A DNA stretch of 33,434 bases from Octopus bimaculoides (Eukaryota): assembly GCF_001194135.2 (NCBI RefSeq), contig NC_068989.1:40575697-40609130 (forward strand). Reading direction: 5' to 3'. Within the stretch, counting starts at the first letter, position 1. Every line of letters begins with the position of its first letter. Shown in pieces: positions 32,930 to 33,434 of the stretch. The position numbers and the translations under genes are program-made. The notes beneath the pieces were generated by a model that worked only from the letters and a program-made list of their open reading frames with translations, had not been told where the DNA came from and ran no database searches.

Positions 32930-33434
32930 ATCCCATGAGTCTCAAGTAACGCCGACATCAAGTTTGAACAAAATACGTCAAAATTGGTAAAAGTTATGGT
33001 TGAAAATGGGGTGTAGCCAATTTCAGTGAGAAATCCTATAAGGAATTGGTTTATCGATTTTTCATCCTGATTGAATGGAAAACCCCATAAGGAATCAGTC
33101 TATTGATTTTTCACCCCAAATAGGACTCCAGAGCCCCTTTTAGCTAGGCTCAGGAGCCTCCGAAAAGCAGCGACTAATCCTGATCTCGACCTAACTCCTC
33201 CTAAGAGTACTATCGGTCAAGGCTATCTCGAAGATATGCATTGGAGAAGGTTGCCTCGGAGATCTTCCTCGAATATCTGCATTGGAGAAGGTTGCATTTT
33301 TGTAGCATATTAGGATGTCACAGGAATTCATTCAGCGAAAGAAAAAAAATTCCCAATTATTCCGGGATTGGGGGGAGGAGGCCTCGCCCCACCCCTTTTT
33401 TTCCGAACGAAAATAAGGGATTTACAGCATATTA
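32930..33434. repeat. Probable interspersed repeat with internal duplications (unclassified)
   Basis: Imperfect ~38-bp duplication (GAAATCCTATAAGGAATTGG... / GAAAACCCCATAAGGAATCAG...) and a 17-bp duplication GCATTGGAGAAGGTTGC. Confidence 0.45.

Overview
AT-rich, repeat-saturated animal genomic DNA with five N-gaps. The SINE repertoire suggests a coleoid cephalopod, most likely Octopus; this is recognition from memory, not a database result. No intact host protein-coding gene is supported. The window is mostly tRNA-derived SINEs of three families, decayed LINE fragments (CR1/L2-like, RTE-like, L1/Tx1-like), a hAT MITE and microsatellites. The main result is a nested structure at 4884-9328 on the minus strand. 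One SINE, bounded by a 19-bp TSD, is split between its A and B boxes by two head-to-tail L1/Tx1-clade non-autonomous retroelements. Both end at the same nucleotide of the SINE target GCTTAG^CGGTATTTCGTC. One encodes ORF1 only; the other encodes ORF1 plus an ORF2 whose RT is deleted. A third Tx1-like 3' end at ~29750 abuts the same SINE position. The 3' tails of these elements match the SINE tails and share a small stem-loop whose stem differs between tail types but stays paired. The inference is a Tx1-type LINE family that both mobilises this SINE and targets it for insertion.
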